Program-made: the position numbers and the translations under genes
Shown: piece by piece, positions 17,748-27,734 of the stretch
How positions within the stretch are numbered: the stretch's first letter is position 1
Layout of the letters: each line of letters opens with the position of its first letter
Source of the DNA: a virus
Taxonomy: Duplodnaviria; Caudoviricetes
Reading direction: 5' to 3' (one strand)
DNA: 34,261 nucleotides
Virus record (IMG/VR): IMGVR_UViG_3300030109_001650
Span: 1-34,261 of that record
The notes under the pieces: model-generated
What the model was told of the DNA's origin: nothing
Database searches by the model: none
The model's input: the letters and a program-made list of their open reading frames with translations, nothing else

Positions 17748-20700
17748 TGGCTGAATATATACCAAGTTATAAAAAGTCTACATATGTAGGAAATATGTCG
17801 AATAGAACATTCTTAGACAAAGCTAATGATGAGTTTTGGATGACATGGATGGGACAGATGATTGAGAATGAAGTTACTAATAGAGGAGTTTATAGTAAAA
17901 AAAGAGATCCATCATTTAATGCATTTGATCCAGAATATATAGCAGGGTTTGAAAGATACGCTAATGAATTTCTAGATGTAAAAAACCAAGAAGAAGCAGA
18001 CTTTGTTAAAGAAAGAATAAGAAGAAATCAATTAAGAAGAGAAAGACTAGACATGGGCGGTAGAGATATACTTCCGGGTTTGTTAGCAAACGTAGTCGAT
18101 CCTATAAATTTTATACCAATACCATTTGTAAAAGGTATGTCATTGATGAAACGAGTAACAGTAGGTGGTAGTGCATCAGCAGGTTTGATTGCAGCAACAG
18201 AACCTATAAGAAGAAATTATGATCCAACGTCAACAGATTTTGAGTCAGCAATGTATATTGGTGGAGGTTTCTTTTTTGGTGGATTGTTTTCTGGAATACT
18301 AGGAAAGTCTGGCACACGTGGATTAGATGCAGAATCAAGATATAAAATTAATCCTAAAAAATTAGGAGAAAATTATTACTCTGCATTTCATAATACAGAA
18401 ACAGGTATAGATTGGACTAAGCCATTTACTAAAAAGTTTTATGCAGAAGAACCAGATATAAAATTTGATGTAGCACCTACTAATACATTTGTAGATAAGA
18501 ATGGAGATATAATTACATATCAACAATACATTACTAATACAACAACAAGACAACAAGGTAGAAGTAGAACAGAAAGAAGAGCAACAAGTATACAGTCATA
18601 TAGAAAAGATAATGCGTATCAACCAATAAAATATAAAGATGTAGATGGTACAACTACAGTAACTGTTGATACTGCTTTTCTAACAAAAAAATTTAGAGAA
18701 AATTCACATTTAGATAAAAATGGAACCTTAAGACAAAACTCAGTGCCTTTTAATATTGCAACATTAATGAAGAATGAAAATGATTACATAGCATATTTAG
18801 TAAAAAAAGAAATATATAGAAACAGATATATACAAAAAAACAAAGGTGAAACTAGAGTAGATTATGAAACACGACTAAATGAAAAAATACATGAAGATAC
18901 ATTAAAAAAAATAAATGCAGACTTTACAACAGATACAGGAGACTTAGCAATAAATAAAGAAGTATTAAATTTTCTAGATAAATACACTGACACAGGTGGT
19001 GTTGTACAAGCATTACCAAAAGATAGCCCACAATTATCAGCATACGTAGGTAGAAAAATATTTGAATTAATAGGTGACTTTGGTGTACAGACAAGAAGTG
19101 ATGATGTAGCAATGCCACAGTCAGCACATTTAGAAACAACAACTAGATGGGAAGCGGGACTACATGAAGCATTGAATGAAATTAATGCAGCGTTTGTAGA
19201 GTATAGAACAGGATCAACAGAATCTACTATGTTGTCTGGTGGTAATTTATCAGCTAGAGCAATAAGAGCAAAAGATACAGCTAATGTATACAAGAAAAAA
19301 TTATTTGGTAAGAAAGAACAAATGCCATCTACTATTAGAAACTCATATGAAGACTTCAATAGGTATATATATAATGGTGTTGTAGATACAAATGATAAAA
19401 TATATAACGATCCAAACACACATGAAGCAGTAAAAAAAGGTATAGATGCTGTACGTAAGTTTTTTAAAGAATATGCAGATGAGGCAAATGATGTTGGAAT
19501 ATTTGCTACAAAACAAAACATAGCTAACAAAGTAGAATTACAACAAGAATTAGTAGCTATTATAAATACAGAATTAAAACGTGCAAAAAATCCATATCAA
19601 ACTAAACGTCTAGGTAATATAAAAGTACGTATTGAAGATAGATTAAAACGTTTAGAAACACAACAAAACGAAATAGAAACAAAATTTAATCAACCATTTT
19701 CTATGAATAAAAACTATGTAACTAGATATTTTAATAGAGAAGCATTACTAGATAATCCAAAAAGATTTAAACAAATATTAACAGATTGGTATACCAATAA
19801 TCCAAGACCGGGTGTTAAAGGAACAATAGAAGAAAGAGTAGAAGAAACCTATGAAACTATATTAAATGATTCTGCTCATATGGATTCTGATGGAATACTA
19901 GCTATGGGCAGAAACAAAAAGAATCAATTCGTAGCAGGTACAAGACCACTAATGCAAAGAAGTTTAGATATACCATCTGAATTATTAGAAGATTTTATAA
20001 TTAAAGATGTTACAGACATAATGAAAATGTATAAATCACGTATGAGTTACGCTATAGAAATTACCAGAAGATTTGGTGACAGACATATGGAAGATTTTTT
20101 GAACAGATTAGATTTAGATTTAACATTACAAACAGTAAAAAGTTCTGCTACTAATACTAAAGCTACAAAAATTATAAATCATTTTGAAGATGCTAAAGAT
20201 AAATTATATGGCACATTTAACACTGATGATCCAACATCAACAAATAAAAGAATAGCAGGGTTTATGAGAAACTGGACATCACTTACAAGCATGGGACGTG
20301 TCGTATACACAGCTCAAGCTGATATAGGTAGACCATTTATGACACATGGCATGTCTAGAATGTGGGATCATTTCTTAAGACCATTTTTTACTAATAGAGA
20401 ACTCTATGAAGAAATGTTCAAACAAGCACCATACTTAAATCCAGCAGCAGAACTTACAGTACAAGGCGGTGCTATGGATAGGTATCTTGGTTCGTTTGGT
20501 ACATCACCAAGAAAAGGCGGAATGTTAGATAAGTATTTAATAGCTCCTGTAAATAATTCACAAGGTCCATGGTTTTGGATGAATGGCTTAACTCCATGGA
20601 CTGTAATGATGAAGAGATTTACAGGGTATGTGTCACAACATAGATTTATTGAAGACTCTATAAAACTATCAAATGGTACATTAAACAAACAAGATATAAA

Positions 20701-21535
20701 AAGATTAGCAAGTTATGGTATAGATAAAAAAACAGCAGATACTATTGCTAAAATGCCATGGGAATTTACAGATGGTATTTATTTACCTAACGCACAAGCA
20801 TGGGGTAAAACAGGTGCTGGTCGTTCTGCATTACAAAAATACAGACAAGCAATAAAAGCTGATATTGAAAGAACAATTATTACACCATCACCTAACGATA
20901 AACTTAATATGATGTATGGAAAGGTTAGAATTAATGATGAAGATACTGCTAAATTATTTGATAATGATGTTGGTAGGATGCTTGGATTTACACGAACTAA
21001 ATATGGTGGTGCTAAATTTGGTAATGCATTTATGGCTCTACCATTTCAATTTTTTTCATGGATGATATCTGCTAATAGAAAATTACTTATGTCAGGTTCA
21101 GCAGGACGAGACTTTCATTTAGTACAAGGTGCTACTGCAATGGTTATGTTTGCTATGTGGGGTGACTTTCTTAAAGATCCAGCATTTTGGTATAGAAAAA
21201 ATAAAGATGAAAAATGGTTAGCAGCAGTAGAAAAGTCAGGTGTCCTTGCAGTATATGGTGATTTAAATCATATATTAGAAACTGTAACTGGTGGTGATAT
21301 GGGCATAAGACCATTGTTTGATATGGAAGATCCATACGGAGAACCAGAAGCGCACGACATATTTAGACCATTTTTAGGTGCAGCACCATTTAATGTTTTA
21401 GATGTATTTCAAGCATTTGATAGCGGTTCACCAAGAGAACAAAGAGATTCTATAAGAAGAATGTTGCCATTACAAAATTGGTTAGTCTGGGACAGGGCAT
21501 TTAAAAATGTATATAATAGCACCATAGACTATTGA
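17747..21535 (+). CDS. Large internal virion protein (gp16-like)
   Basis: 1262 aa; NGLTPWT, LPFQFFSW and RRMLPLQN resemble the C-terminal region of podoviral large ejection proteins. Confidence 0.75.
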   Translation: MAEYIPSYKKSTYVGNMSNRTFLDKANDEFWMTWMGQMIENEVTNRGVYSKKRDPSFNAFDPEYIAGFERYANEFLDVKNQEEADFVKERIRRNQLRRERLDMGGRDILPGLLANVVDPINFIPIPFVKGMSLMKRVTVGGSASAGLIAATEPIRRNYDPTSTDFESAMYIGGGFFFGGLFSGILGKSGTRGLDAESRYKINPKKLGENYYSAFHNTETGIDWTKPFTKKFYAEEPDIKFDVAPTNTFVDKNGDIITYQQYITNTTTRQQGRSRTERRATSIQSYRKDNAYQPIKYKDVDGTTTVTVDTAFLTKKFRENSHLDKNGTLRQNSVPFNIATLMKNENDYIAYLVKKEIYRNRYIQKNKGETRVDYETRLNEKIHEDTLKKINADFTTDTGDLAINKEVLNFLDKYTDTGGVVQALPKDSPQLSAYVGRKIFELIGDFGVQTRSDDVAMPQSAHLETTTRWEAGLHEALNEINAAFVEYRTGSTESTMLSGGNLSARAIRAKDTANVYKKKLFGKKEQMPSTIRNSYEDFNRYIYNGVVDTNDKIYNDPNTHEAVKKGIDAVRKFFKEYADEANDVGIFATKQNIANKVELQQELVAIINTELKRAKNPYQTKRLGNIKVRIEDRLKRLETQQNEIETKFNQPFSMNKNYVTRYFNREALLDNPKRFKQILTDWYTNNPRPGVKGTIEERVEETYETILNDSAHMDSDGILAMGRNKKNQFVAGTRPLMQRSLDIPSELLEDFIIKDVTDIMKMYKSRMSYAIEITRRFGDRHMEDFLNRLDLDLTLQTVKSSATNTKATKIINHFEDAKDKLYGTFNTDDPTSTNKRIAGFMRNWTSLTSMGRVVYTAQADIGRPFMTHGMSRMWDHFLRPFFTNRELYEEMFKQAPYLNPAAELTVQGGAMDRYLGSFGTSPRKGGMLDKYLIAPVNNSQGPWFWMNGLTPWTVMMKRFTGYVSQHRFIEDSIKLSNGTLNKQDIKRLASYGIDKKTADTIAKMPWEFTDGIYLPNAQAWGKTGAGRSALQKYRQAIKADIERTIITPSPNDKLNMMYGKVRINDEDTAKLFDNDVGRMLGFTRTKYGGAKFGNAFMALPFQFFSWMISANRKLLMSGSAGRDFHLVQGATAMVMFAMWGDFLKDPAFWYRKNKDEKWLAAVEKSGVLAVYGDLNHILETVTGGDMGIRPLFDMEDPYGEPEAHDIFRPFLGAAPFNVLDVFQAFDSGSPREQRDSIRRMLPLQNWLVWDRAFKNVYNSTIDY

Positions 21536-21566
21536 TAGGATTAAAAAATGAGGGTATTGTTGACAT

Positions 21567-23378
21567 ATGACTATAGCTAGTGCAAAAAACACACCAAGAG
21601 TATCGTATACTGCGTCTGGTAGCCAGACTGCTTTTACTATCCCATTTGAGTTTTTTAGCACAGGAGATATAAAAGTATTCAATGGAACAACTTTACTCAC
21701 TTATGAAGCAACTCCGAGTGCTGCTAACAAGTACAGCATTTCAGGAACAGCTAGTGCTAGCGATAGTGCTTATGAGTTTGGGGCTGGGGGTACTGTTACT
21801 CTGGGTGGTAGTGGAGCTACTGCTGGGGACATTATTACTATTGTTAGAGATATTACAATAGAAAGAACAACAGACTTTCCAGTATCTGGATCGTTTGATA
21901 TAACCTCACTTAACACAGATTTAGACAAAATATATGCAAAATTAGCTGATATTGACCAACAGTCAGATAGATCAGTTAAATTATTAGATACAGATTCTAT
22001 TGCAGCGACAGTAACATTACCGGCAAAAGCTACCAGAGCATCTAAGGTGCTTACATTTGATAGTGATGGCGATGTTCAAACAACAATCGCTGCCACAGAT
22101 GTAACAACAATTGCTGGTATAGCCAGTGATGTCACCACTGTATCTGGTATCGCTAGCAATGTTACATCTGTTGCTAGTAATTCAAGTAACATAAATACTG
22201 TTGCTGGAGTTATATCAAATGTAAATACTGTTGCAGGAATATCATCTGATGTTACAGCCGTAGCTGGAATATCTTCAAATGTAACAACTGTAGCTGGTAA
22301 AGCCTCATTAATTACATCTGACTTTGCAACTGATATATCATTAGTTACTTCTGATTTTGTAACTGATATGGCATTAGTTACAGCAGACTTTATATCTGAT
22401 GTTAATACATTAGCAACTTCTGATATAGTTACTGACCTTAATTTATTAGCAACATCTGATTTTGTATCAGATTTAAATCAGTTAGCAACAACTGATTTTG
22501 TAAGTGATTTAAATGCTCTAGAAGCAATAAAAGCTAATGTAAACACAGTAGCTGGTAGCATTGCTGATGTTAATAATTTTGCTAGTCAATATCGCATAGG
22601 TTCGAGTGATCCAACAAGTTCACTAGACGAGGGAGATTTATTTTATAATTCAACAAACAATGTATTGAAATATTATGATGGTTCATCATGGACAGCAATT
22701 ACTGCTGGAGGTATTACAAGTCTAGCACAAGATACAACACCTCAACTAGGTGGCAATCTGGACATGAATGGTCAAGATATTGTTACTACCTCTAATGCAG
22801 ATTTAGAGTTAGCACCTAATGGTACAGGTCATGTAACTGTAAAAGGTAACAGTTATCCGGGTGCTATACAGTTTAATTGTGAATCTAATTCACATGGACA
22901 AATAGTAAAATCACAACCACATAGTGCATCAGTAACAAACGAATTAACATTACCAGCTGGGGCTAATCAAGAGATTGTTGGAACAATAGCCACGCAAACA
23001 CTAACAAATAAAACAATTAGTGGATCTAGTAATACGCTTTCAAATATTGCAACATCATCATTGACAGGTACAATCACTAATGCTCAATTAGCAGGTTCTA
23101 TCGCAAACGATAAATTAGCAGGTTCAATTGCAAATGATAAACTGGCAAACTCGTCTATTACTTTAAATGGTAGTACGGTTGCTTTAGGTGGAAGTTCAAA
23201 CATAGCAGCGGGAGCTACTGGTGCTGGTGGGGACGAAGTGTTTGTTGAAAACGAAAGAGTGGTTACAACTAACTATACTTTATCTACTGGCAAATCAGCT
23301 ATGTGTGTTGGTCCACTTACAATTAATTCTGGAGTCGCAGTAACAGTCCCATCCGGAGAGAGGTTAATTATATTATGA
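21567..23378 (+). CDS. Tail fibre protein with T7 gp17-like N-terminal anchor
   Basis: PRVSYTASGSQTAFTIPFEFF N-terminus, VTTVAG-type repeats, DTTPQLGGNLD motif. Confidence 0.9.
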   Translation: MTIASAKNTPRVSYTASGSQTAFTIPFEFFSTGDIKVFNGTTLLTYEATPSAANKYSISGTASASDSAYEFGAGGTVTLGGSGATAGDIITIVRDITIERTTDFPVSGSFDITSLNTDLDKIYAKLADIDQQSDRSVKLLDTDSIAATVTLPAKATRASKVLTFDSDGDVQTTIAATDVTTIAGIASDVTTVSGIASNVTSVASNSSNINTVAGVISNVNTVAGISSDVTAVAGISSNVTTVAGKASLITSDFATDISLVTSDFVTDMALVTADFISDVNTLATSDIVTDLNLLATSDFVSDLNQLATTDFVSDLNALEAIKANVNTVAGSIADVNNFASQYRIGSSDPTSSLDEGDLFYNSTNNVLKYYDGSSWTAITAGGITSLAQDTTPQLGGNLDMNGQDIVTTSNADLELAPNGTGHVTVKGNSYPGAIQFNCESNSHGQIVKSQPHSASVTNELTLPAGANQEIVGTIATQTLTNKTISGSSNTLSNIATSSLTGTITNAQLAGSIANDKLAGSIANDKLANSSITLNGSTVALGGSSNIAAGATGAGGDEVFVENERVVTTNYTLSTGKSAMCVGPLTINSGVAVTVPSGERLIIL

Positions 23379-24175
23379 CAGTTAAAATTAATGCAGATAC
23401 ATCAGACGGATTAAAGCTAGAATCAGATACAAGTGGCACAGTAGACATACAGTCTAATGGCACAACAGTACAACAAGTTACATCATCATCTATTGTTGGC
23501 AAACAAGACATAATATTAGATGCAGGAAAAGAATTTTGTATCAATGCTGCTGACGATGTTCACATTGGCAGAGCAACTACTGATAGAATGACTTTTAATA
23601 CTGGTGGGACAGAGGCTGCAAGAATAGATGAAAACCAAGACCTCATGCTTGGAACATCAGTTAATATAAACTCATCAGGTGGTCCACTTCATGTAAAAAG
23701 CAGGAGTGGTAGCGAACACGTTGCATCATTTCAAAATGGTACATCAGATGGCGGTTTTGGTATAAATTTTTATAATGTTGCAGGTAGCGAAGTTGGAAGT
23801 ATTCGATGGACATCAAGTGCAACAAACTTTAATACATCATCAGATTATAGATTAAAAGAAAATGTAAGTTATAGTTTTGATGCTACAGCAAGATTAAAAC
23901 AACTCAAACCTTGCAGGTTTAACTGGATATCAGATAGCAGTAATACATTGTTAGATGGGTTTTTAGCACATGAAGTTTCGAGTATTGTGCCAGAGGCAGT
24001 AATGGGTACAAAAGATGGCACAAAAACACAAGATACATTCAATGATAGTGGCGATGTTACAGGATCTGAAACAGTGCCAGATTATCAATCTGTAGACCAA
24101 AGTAAACTTGTACCTCTATTGGTCAAAACTATACAAGAATTAGAGGCTAGAATAACAGCATTGGAGAGTGAATAA
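23375..24175 (+). CDS. Tail fibre protein with C-terminal intramolecular chaperone (peptidase S74)
   Basis: TSSDYRLKEN, LKPCRFNW, GFLAHEV and KLVPLLVKTIQEL motifs. Confidence 0.9.
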   Translation: MTVKINADTSDGLKLESDTSGTVDIQSNGTTVQQVTSSSIVGKQDIILDAGKEFCINAADDVHIGRATTDRMTFNTGGTEAARIDENQDLMLGTSVNINSSGGPLHVKSRSGSEHVASFQNGTSDGGFGINFYNVAGSEVGSIRWTSSATNFNTSSDYRLKENVSYSFDATARLKQLKPCRFNWISDSSNTLLDGFLAHEVSSIVPEAVMGTKDGTKTQDTFNDSGDVTGSETVPDYQSVDQSKLVPLLVKTIQELEARITALESE

Positions 24176-24720
24176 TGGCAATAGTAATAAATGGATCAGG
24201 AACAATAACAGGCGTATCTGCTGGTGGATTACCAGATGATAGTATTACTACAGCTGATATAGCTGATAGTGCAGTAACAGATGCTAAGATTACTGCTGTT
24301 ACATCATCTAAATTAAGTGGTAACTTACCGGCTCTAAATGCTTCAGCATTAACTAACTTAGCAGCAGCCAATATAACTGGTACATTACCAGCAATTGATG
24401 GTTCAGCACTAACTGGTATTTCTGCTGGATTAACTGCTAGTGCTTATAATGCTAATAGTAATGGATATATAACATTAAGTAATGGATTAATAATTCAGTG
24501 GGCTAGGCAAGGTAGTTTAGCAAATGGTGGTATAAGAAGTATAATTTTTCCAATTACATTTCCTAATGCTTTATTTTCATTTGCATCAAGCTGGACAGTA
24601 CAAACTAGTGGTTCATGGCATAGTGCTTTTCCTGACGGAAGTATGTCGACATCAGGGTTTGGCGCACACAATGTATCAGGTTCAACACAAGGTGTCGTTT
24701 ATGTAGCGACAGGTAGATAG
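24175..24720 (+). CDS. Tail fibre-related protein (gp53-like C-terminal domain)
   Basis: NGYITLSNGLIIQW...FPITFPNA motif. Confidence 0.8.
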   Translation: MAIVINGSGTITGVSAGGLPDDSITTADIADSAVTDAKITAVTSSKLSGNLPALNASALTNLAAANITGTLPAIDGSALTGISAGLTASAYNANSNGYITLSNGLIIQWARQGSLANGGIRSIIFPITFPNALFSFASSWTVQTSGSWHSAFPDGSMSTSGFGAHNVSGSTQGVVYVATGR

Positions 24721-24721
24721 T

Positions 24722-25090
24722 ATGAAATATGCACATTTAGATGGAGAAAAATTATTAGGTTGGTACACAAAAGATGTACATGGAGACAACATACCTACAC
24801 CCAATGTAGAAGTAACAGATGAAGTATGGCAAAAAGCTTTAGAAGATGGAGCTACTGCTTATGTTGATAATAAGTTTGTATACAAAGACTTTTCAACTAA
24901 TGACGAAAAAGCAGCCGCTATTAGAATCCAGAGAGATCAACTCTTAGAACAATCAGATTGGACACAAACAAAAGATATTACTTTAAGTAATGATGCTGAT
25001 TGGAAAACATACAGACAAGCATTAAGAGATATACCAGCACAATCTGGTTTTCCAACGGATGTAACATTCCCAACAAAACCCGGAGAATAA
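24722..25090 (+). CDS. Tail fibre assembly chaperone
   Basis: IR.QRDQLL.QSDWTQ..D....WKTYRQALRDIPAQSGFP..V.FP.KP motif. Confidence 0.9.
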   Translation: MKYAHLDGEKLLGWYTKDVHGDNIPTPNVEVTDEVWQKALEDGATAYVDNKFVYKDFSTNDEKAAAIRIQRDQLLEQSDWTQTKDITLSNDADWKTYRQALRDIPAQSGFPTDVTFPTKPGE

Positions 25091-25093
25091 TAA

Positions 25094-25648
25094 ATGGCAT
25101 TAGTAATTAAAGGATCAAGTTCAGGACAAGTAACAGTTGATGTACCAGCAGCAGCTGGAACTAACACTCTCACAATTCCTGCTGAATCTGGAAACATAAT
25201 AACTTCTGTTACGACAGGCACATTGTTAAATGTTGTATCAGAACAAAGTAACTCTACTATTTCTACTACATCAACGAGCTATGTTTCATCAGGGCTTACT
25301 GCTACGATTACCCCACAAACAGTTAATTCTAAATTTTTAGTCATGACTTCAGGTGGTAATACATTTCCAAATAATGATTCAACTGAAATACATATCAATC
25401 ACTATGTTAGTGTTGGCGGTGCTACCGCAGATGTAGTAATAGATTCAAATCCAAGAGGTTTGCTTAGACAAAATGGAACAAATGGAGAGGGTAAATTTAT
25501 GCAATCTACTTTATCTTTTTACGATGCTAATACAACAAGTCAATTAATTTTCGTGCCATATTTTAAAACATCACACAGTGCGAGTACTGCATATTTTAAT
25601 CAAGGTTCAGTATATGTTCAACTTACAGTTATGGAGTTTGCAGGATAA
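25094..25648 (+). CDS. Tail fibre-associated protein
   Basis: GLTATITP....SKFLV and terminal LTVMEFAG pattern typical of marine phage fibre modules. Confidence 0.7.
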   Translation: MALVIKGSSSGQVTVDVPAAAGTNTLTIPAESGNIITSVTTGTLLNVVSEQSNSTISTTSTSYVSSGLTATITPQTVNSKFLVMTSGGNTFPNNDSTEIHINHYVSVGGATADVVIDSNPRGLLRQNGTNGEGKFMQSTLSFYDANTTSQLIFVPYFKTSHSASTAYFNQGSVYVQLTVMEFAG

Positions 25649-25917
25649 TGTTAAGACACAATGCTATATATTTAACACACGATACAGTCGTAACTATTCG
25701 TGGAGATGGTGCAGATGAAAAATGTTACGACAAAGATGGAAACGTAGTTTCAATTAATGAATCAACGGTAACTGCTAAATTAGCAGAAACAGAATATCAA
25801 GATAAAAGAAAAGAAGAATATCCAAGTATTGAATCACAACTAGATGACATTTATCACAATGGTGTAGATGGTTGGAAAGCTACAATCAAAGCAGTAAAGG
25901 ATAAGTATCCTAAATGA
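25648..25917 (+). CDS. Small fibre-associated chaperone-like protein
   Basis: YQ..R..EYPSI..QLD.IYH.G...WK..I.AVK.KYPK motif. Confidence 0.7.
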   Translation: MLRHNAIYLTHDTVVTIRGDGADEKCYDKDGNVVSINESTVTAKLAETEYQDKRKEEYPSIESQLDDIYHNGVDGWKATIKAVKDKYPK

Positions 25918-26078
25918 GAACAGTAACTAATTCACAAATACTAGATAAGCTAGAATCTCTGGAAGAGAGGATCACTAAACTTGAAGAAGCTATAAACAAA
26001 GGCAAGGGTGCTATTACATTTATAGCATGGCTAGGTGGTATAGCTGCAATAGTAGGAGGCTATTTCTACAACTCATGA
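25914..26078 (+). CDS. Small coiled-coil plus transmembrane protein (54 aa)
   Basis: Manual translation MRTVTNSQILDKLESLEERITKLEEAINKGKGAITFIAWLGGIAAIVGGYFYNS; ATGA overlaps at both ends. Confidence 0.75.
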   Translation: MRTVTNSQILDKLESLEERITKLEEAINKGKGAITFIAWLGGIAAIVGGYFYNS

Positions 26079-26509
26079 TACCTATGGAATTATTAAGCAT
26101 GTTAGCTAGTACAGTACTAGGTGGTGTCCTATCTATCATGGCTCAGAAATCACAAGCTGAAGCAGAAAAACAAAAGATGTTTATGCAACGAGCTGAGTTT
26201 GCAGCAAAGCAAGTAGACAAAGCAAGAAATGTCACAGACCAATTTACAAAAAATACTAGACGTTACATAGCTTTGATAGCTGTAGTATCTATACTTGTTA
26301 TACCAAAGTTAGCACCATTTATAGATCCCTCAATGCCTATTTATGTAGGGTACACAGAAACAGTACAAGAGGGTTGGTGGATATTTGCATCAGACGTAGA
26401 CATGACGCAATGGAAACCAATGACAGGATTAGTAATTACACCATTAGACACCCATGTGGTAAGTTCCATAATAGGATTGTATTTTGGTGGCTCATTAGTA
26501 AGGAGATAA
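26075..26509 (+). CDS. Membrane protein, putative holin
   Basis: Three hydrophobic segments and terminal IIGLYFGG..RR. The start is more likely 26075 or 26084 than the track's 26027. Confidence 0.6.
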   Translation: MIPMELLSMLASTVLGGVLSIMAQKSQAEAEKQKMFMQRAEFAAKQVDKARNVTDQFTKNTRRYIALIAVVSILVIPKLAPFIDPSMPIYVGYTETVQEGWWIFASDVDMTQWKPMTGLVITPLDTHVVSSIIGLYFGGSLVRR

Positions 26510-26510
26510 T

Positions 26511-26645
26511 ATGGCAAAGTTATGTGCAAAAGGTAAAGCGGCAGCTAAAAGAAAGTTCAAGAAGTATCCATCTGCATACGCAAACATGTATGCATCTGGT
26601 GTTTGCTCTGGTCGAATCAAGCCCGGTGGTAAGAAGAAGAAGTAA
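26511..26645 (+). CDS. Tiny basic protein (44 aa, MAKLCAKGKAAAKRKFKKYPSAYANMYASGVCSG...)
   Basis: RBS AAGGAG; the stop overlaps the next ATG. Not in the ORF track. Confidence 0.8.
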   Translation: MAKLCAKGKAAAKRKFKKYPSAYANMYASGVCSGRIKPGGKKKK

Positions 26646-26884
26646 TGGCAAGAAAAGGTCTTAGAGCATGGGTAAAAGAAAAATGGGTAGATATAGGAGC
26701 GCCAAAAAAAGATGGTAAGTTTCAACCATGTGGTAGAAAAAAAGGAGATGGGCGTGCATACCCAAAATGTGTACCACTTGCTAAAGCAAGGAGCATGTCA
26801 CCCGGACAAAGAGCAGCTGCTGTTAGAAGAAAGCGTTCTAAAAACAATACTACAAAAGGTAGACCAAGTTACGCGAGGACATAA
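26645..26884 (+). CDS. Small basic protein (GL..W.KEKWVDI...CGR...YPKCVP)
   Basis: 79-aa coupled ORF. Confidence 0.8.
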   Translation: MARKGLRAWVKEKWVDIGAPKKDGKFQPCGRKKGDGRAYPKCVPLAKARSMSPGQRAAAVRRKRSKNNTTKGRPSYART

Positions 26885-27132
26885 TGGTAGCTAAGAGATA
26901 TCAAAATCCAAGTGGAGGTCTTAATGCAGCAGGTAGAGCCTACTTCAAACGTAAAGAGGGAGCTAATCTCAAAGCACCTGTAACAGGCAAAGCAAAGAAA
27001 GGATCTAAAGCTGCGGCTAGACGTAAAAGTTTTTGTGCCAGAATGTCTGGTATGAAAGGACCAATGAAAGATAGCAAAGGAAGACCAACACGTAAAGCGT
27101 TGGCATTAAGAAAATGGAAGTGTCGCACATAA
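26884..27132 (+). CDS. DUF6321-like small basic protein
   Basis: GGLNAAGR, RRKSFCARM and PTRKALALRKWKC motifs. Confidence 0.75.
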   Translation: MVAKRYQNPSGGLNAAGRAYFKRKEGANLKAPVTGKAKKGSKAAARRKSFCARMSGMKGPMKDSKGRPTRKALALRKWKCRT

Positions 27133-27734
27133 AAGGAGCATTAATTGTACTTGCAATATTTATTGCATTGTTAAGTATTGATAATGCATTAGGTGATGTC
27201 ACATCAAGTGGGGCTACTACTAATACTCAGTCGAATAATGCAGGAAGTAATACTGCTATTACGGGTGGGTACGAATCTAGCACTACATATCAGTCAGGAT
27301 CCAGCTCAAACTCTACTACATCTAATACAACTAATAACAGCACAAATCAAGAGACAGCAGTCAATGGCTCCTCAGCGCCCAGTATGAGCGTTTATGGACA
27401 AGACAGCTGTGTTATACCACTCGCAGCAGGAGTAACCGTAATCGGTTTCTCAGGCTCATTTGGTAGCTATATGAGAGATGATGAGTGTGAGCGTAGGAAA
27501 GCTACTTCGGTACTAGCAAAACTTGGTATGAAAGTTGCCGCAATTTCTTTGATGTGCCAAGACAAAAACGTCTGGCAATCAATGTGGGATGCAGGAACGC
27601 CATGCCCAATTGATGGGTTGATTGGTGAGAAAGCTAAAGCTAGATGGACAGAGATTGGTGGGTTTTATCAACCTGAAGCTGATGAATGGAACGGCAAACC
27701 TATACCCTCTGGAATGATAAATGAAAAAAATTAG
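27114..27734 (+). CDS. Exported Ser/Thr-rich, Cys-containing protein
   Basis: Signal-like N-terminus, low-complexity linker, C..., CERRK, LMCQD and AGTPCP motifs. Confidence 0.75.
   Translation: MEVSHIKGALIVLAIFIALLSIDNALGDVTSSGATTNTQSNNAGSNTAITGGYESSTTYQSGSSSNSTTSNTTNNSTNQETAVNGSSAPSMSVYGQDSCVIPLAAGVTVIGFSGSFGSYMRDDECERRKATSVLAKLGMKVAAISLMCQDKNVWQSMWDAGTPCPIDGLIGEKAKARWTEIGGFYQPEADEWNGKPIPSGMINEKN

Noticed and set aside
18362-20688. Antisense ORFs inside the large internal virion gene (e.g. 18862-19530) and similar ones in portal, scaffold and terL
   Set aside because: Expected shadows of biased codon usage on the coding strand.
26027-26086. Start at 26027 and a lambda S-type dual-start (M-I-P-M) holin/antiholin
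   Set aside because: 26027 overlaps a better small TM gene, and the extension lacks the basic residue typical of dual-start motifs.
26374-26894. Track ORFs 26374-26664 and 26712-26894 (+)
   Set aside because: Alternative frames over the holin-like gene and the coupled small basic genes.
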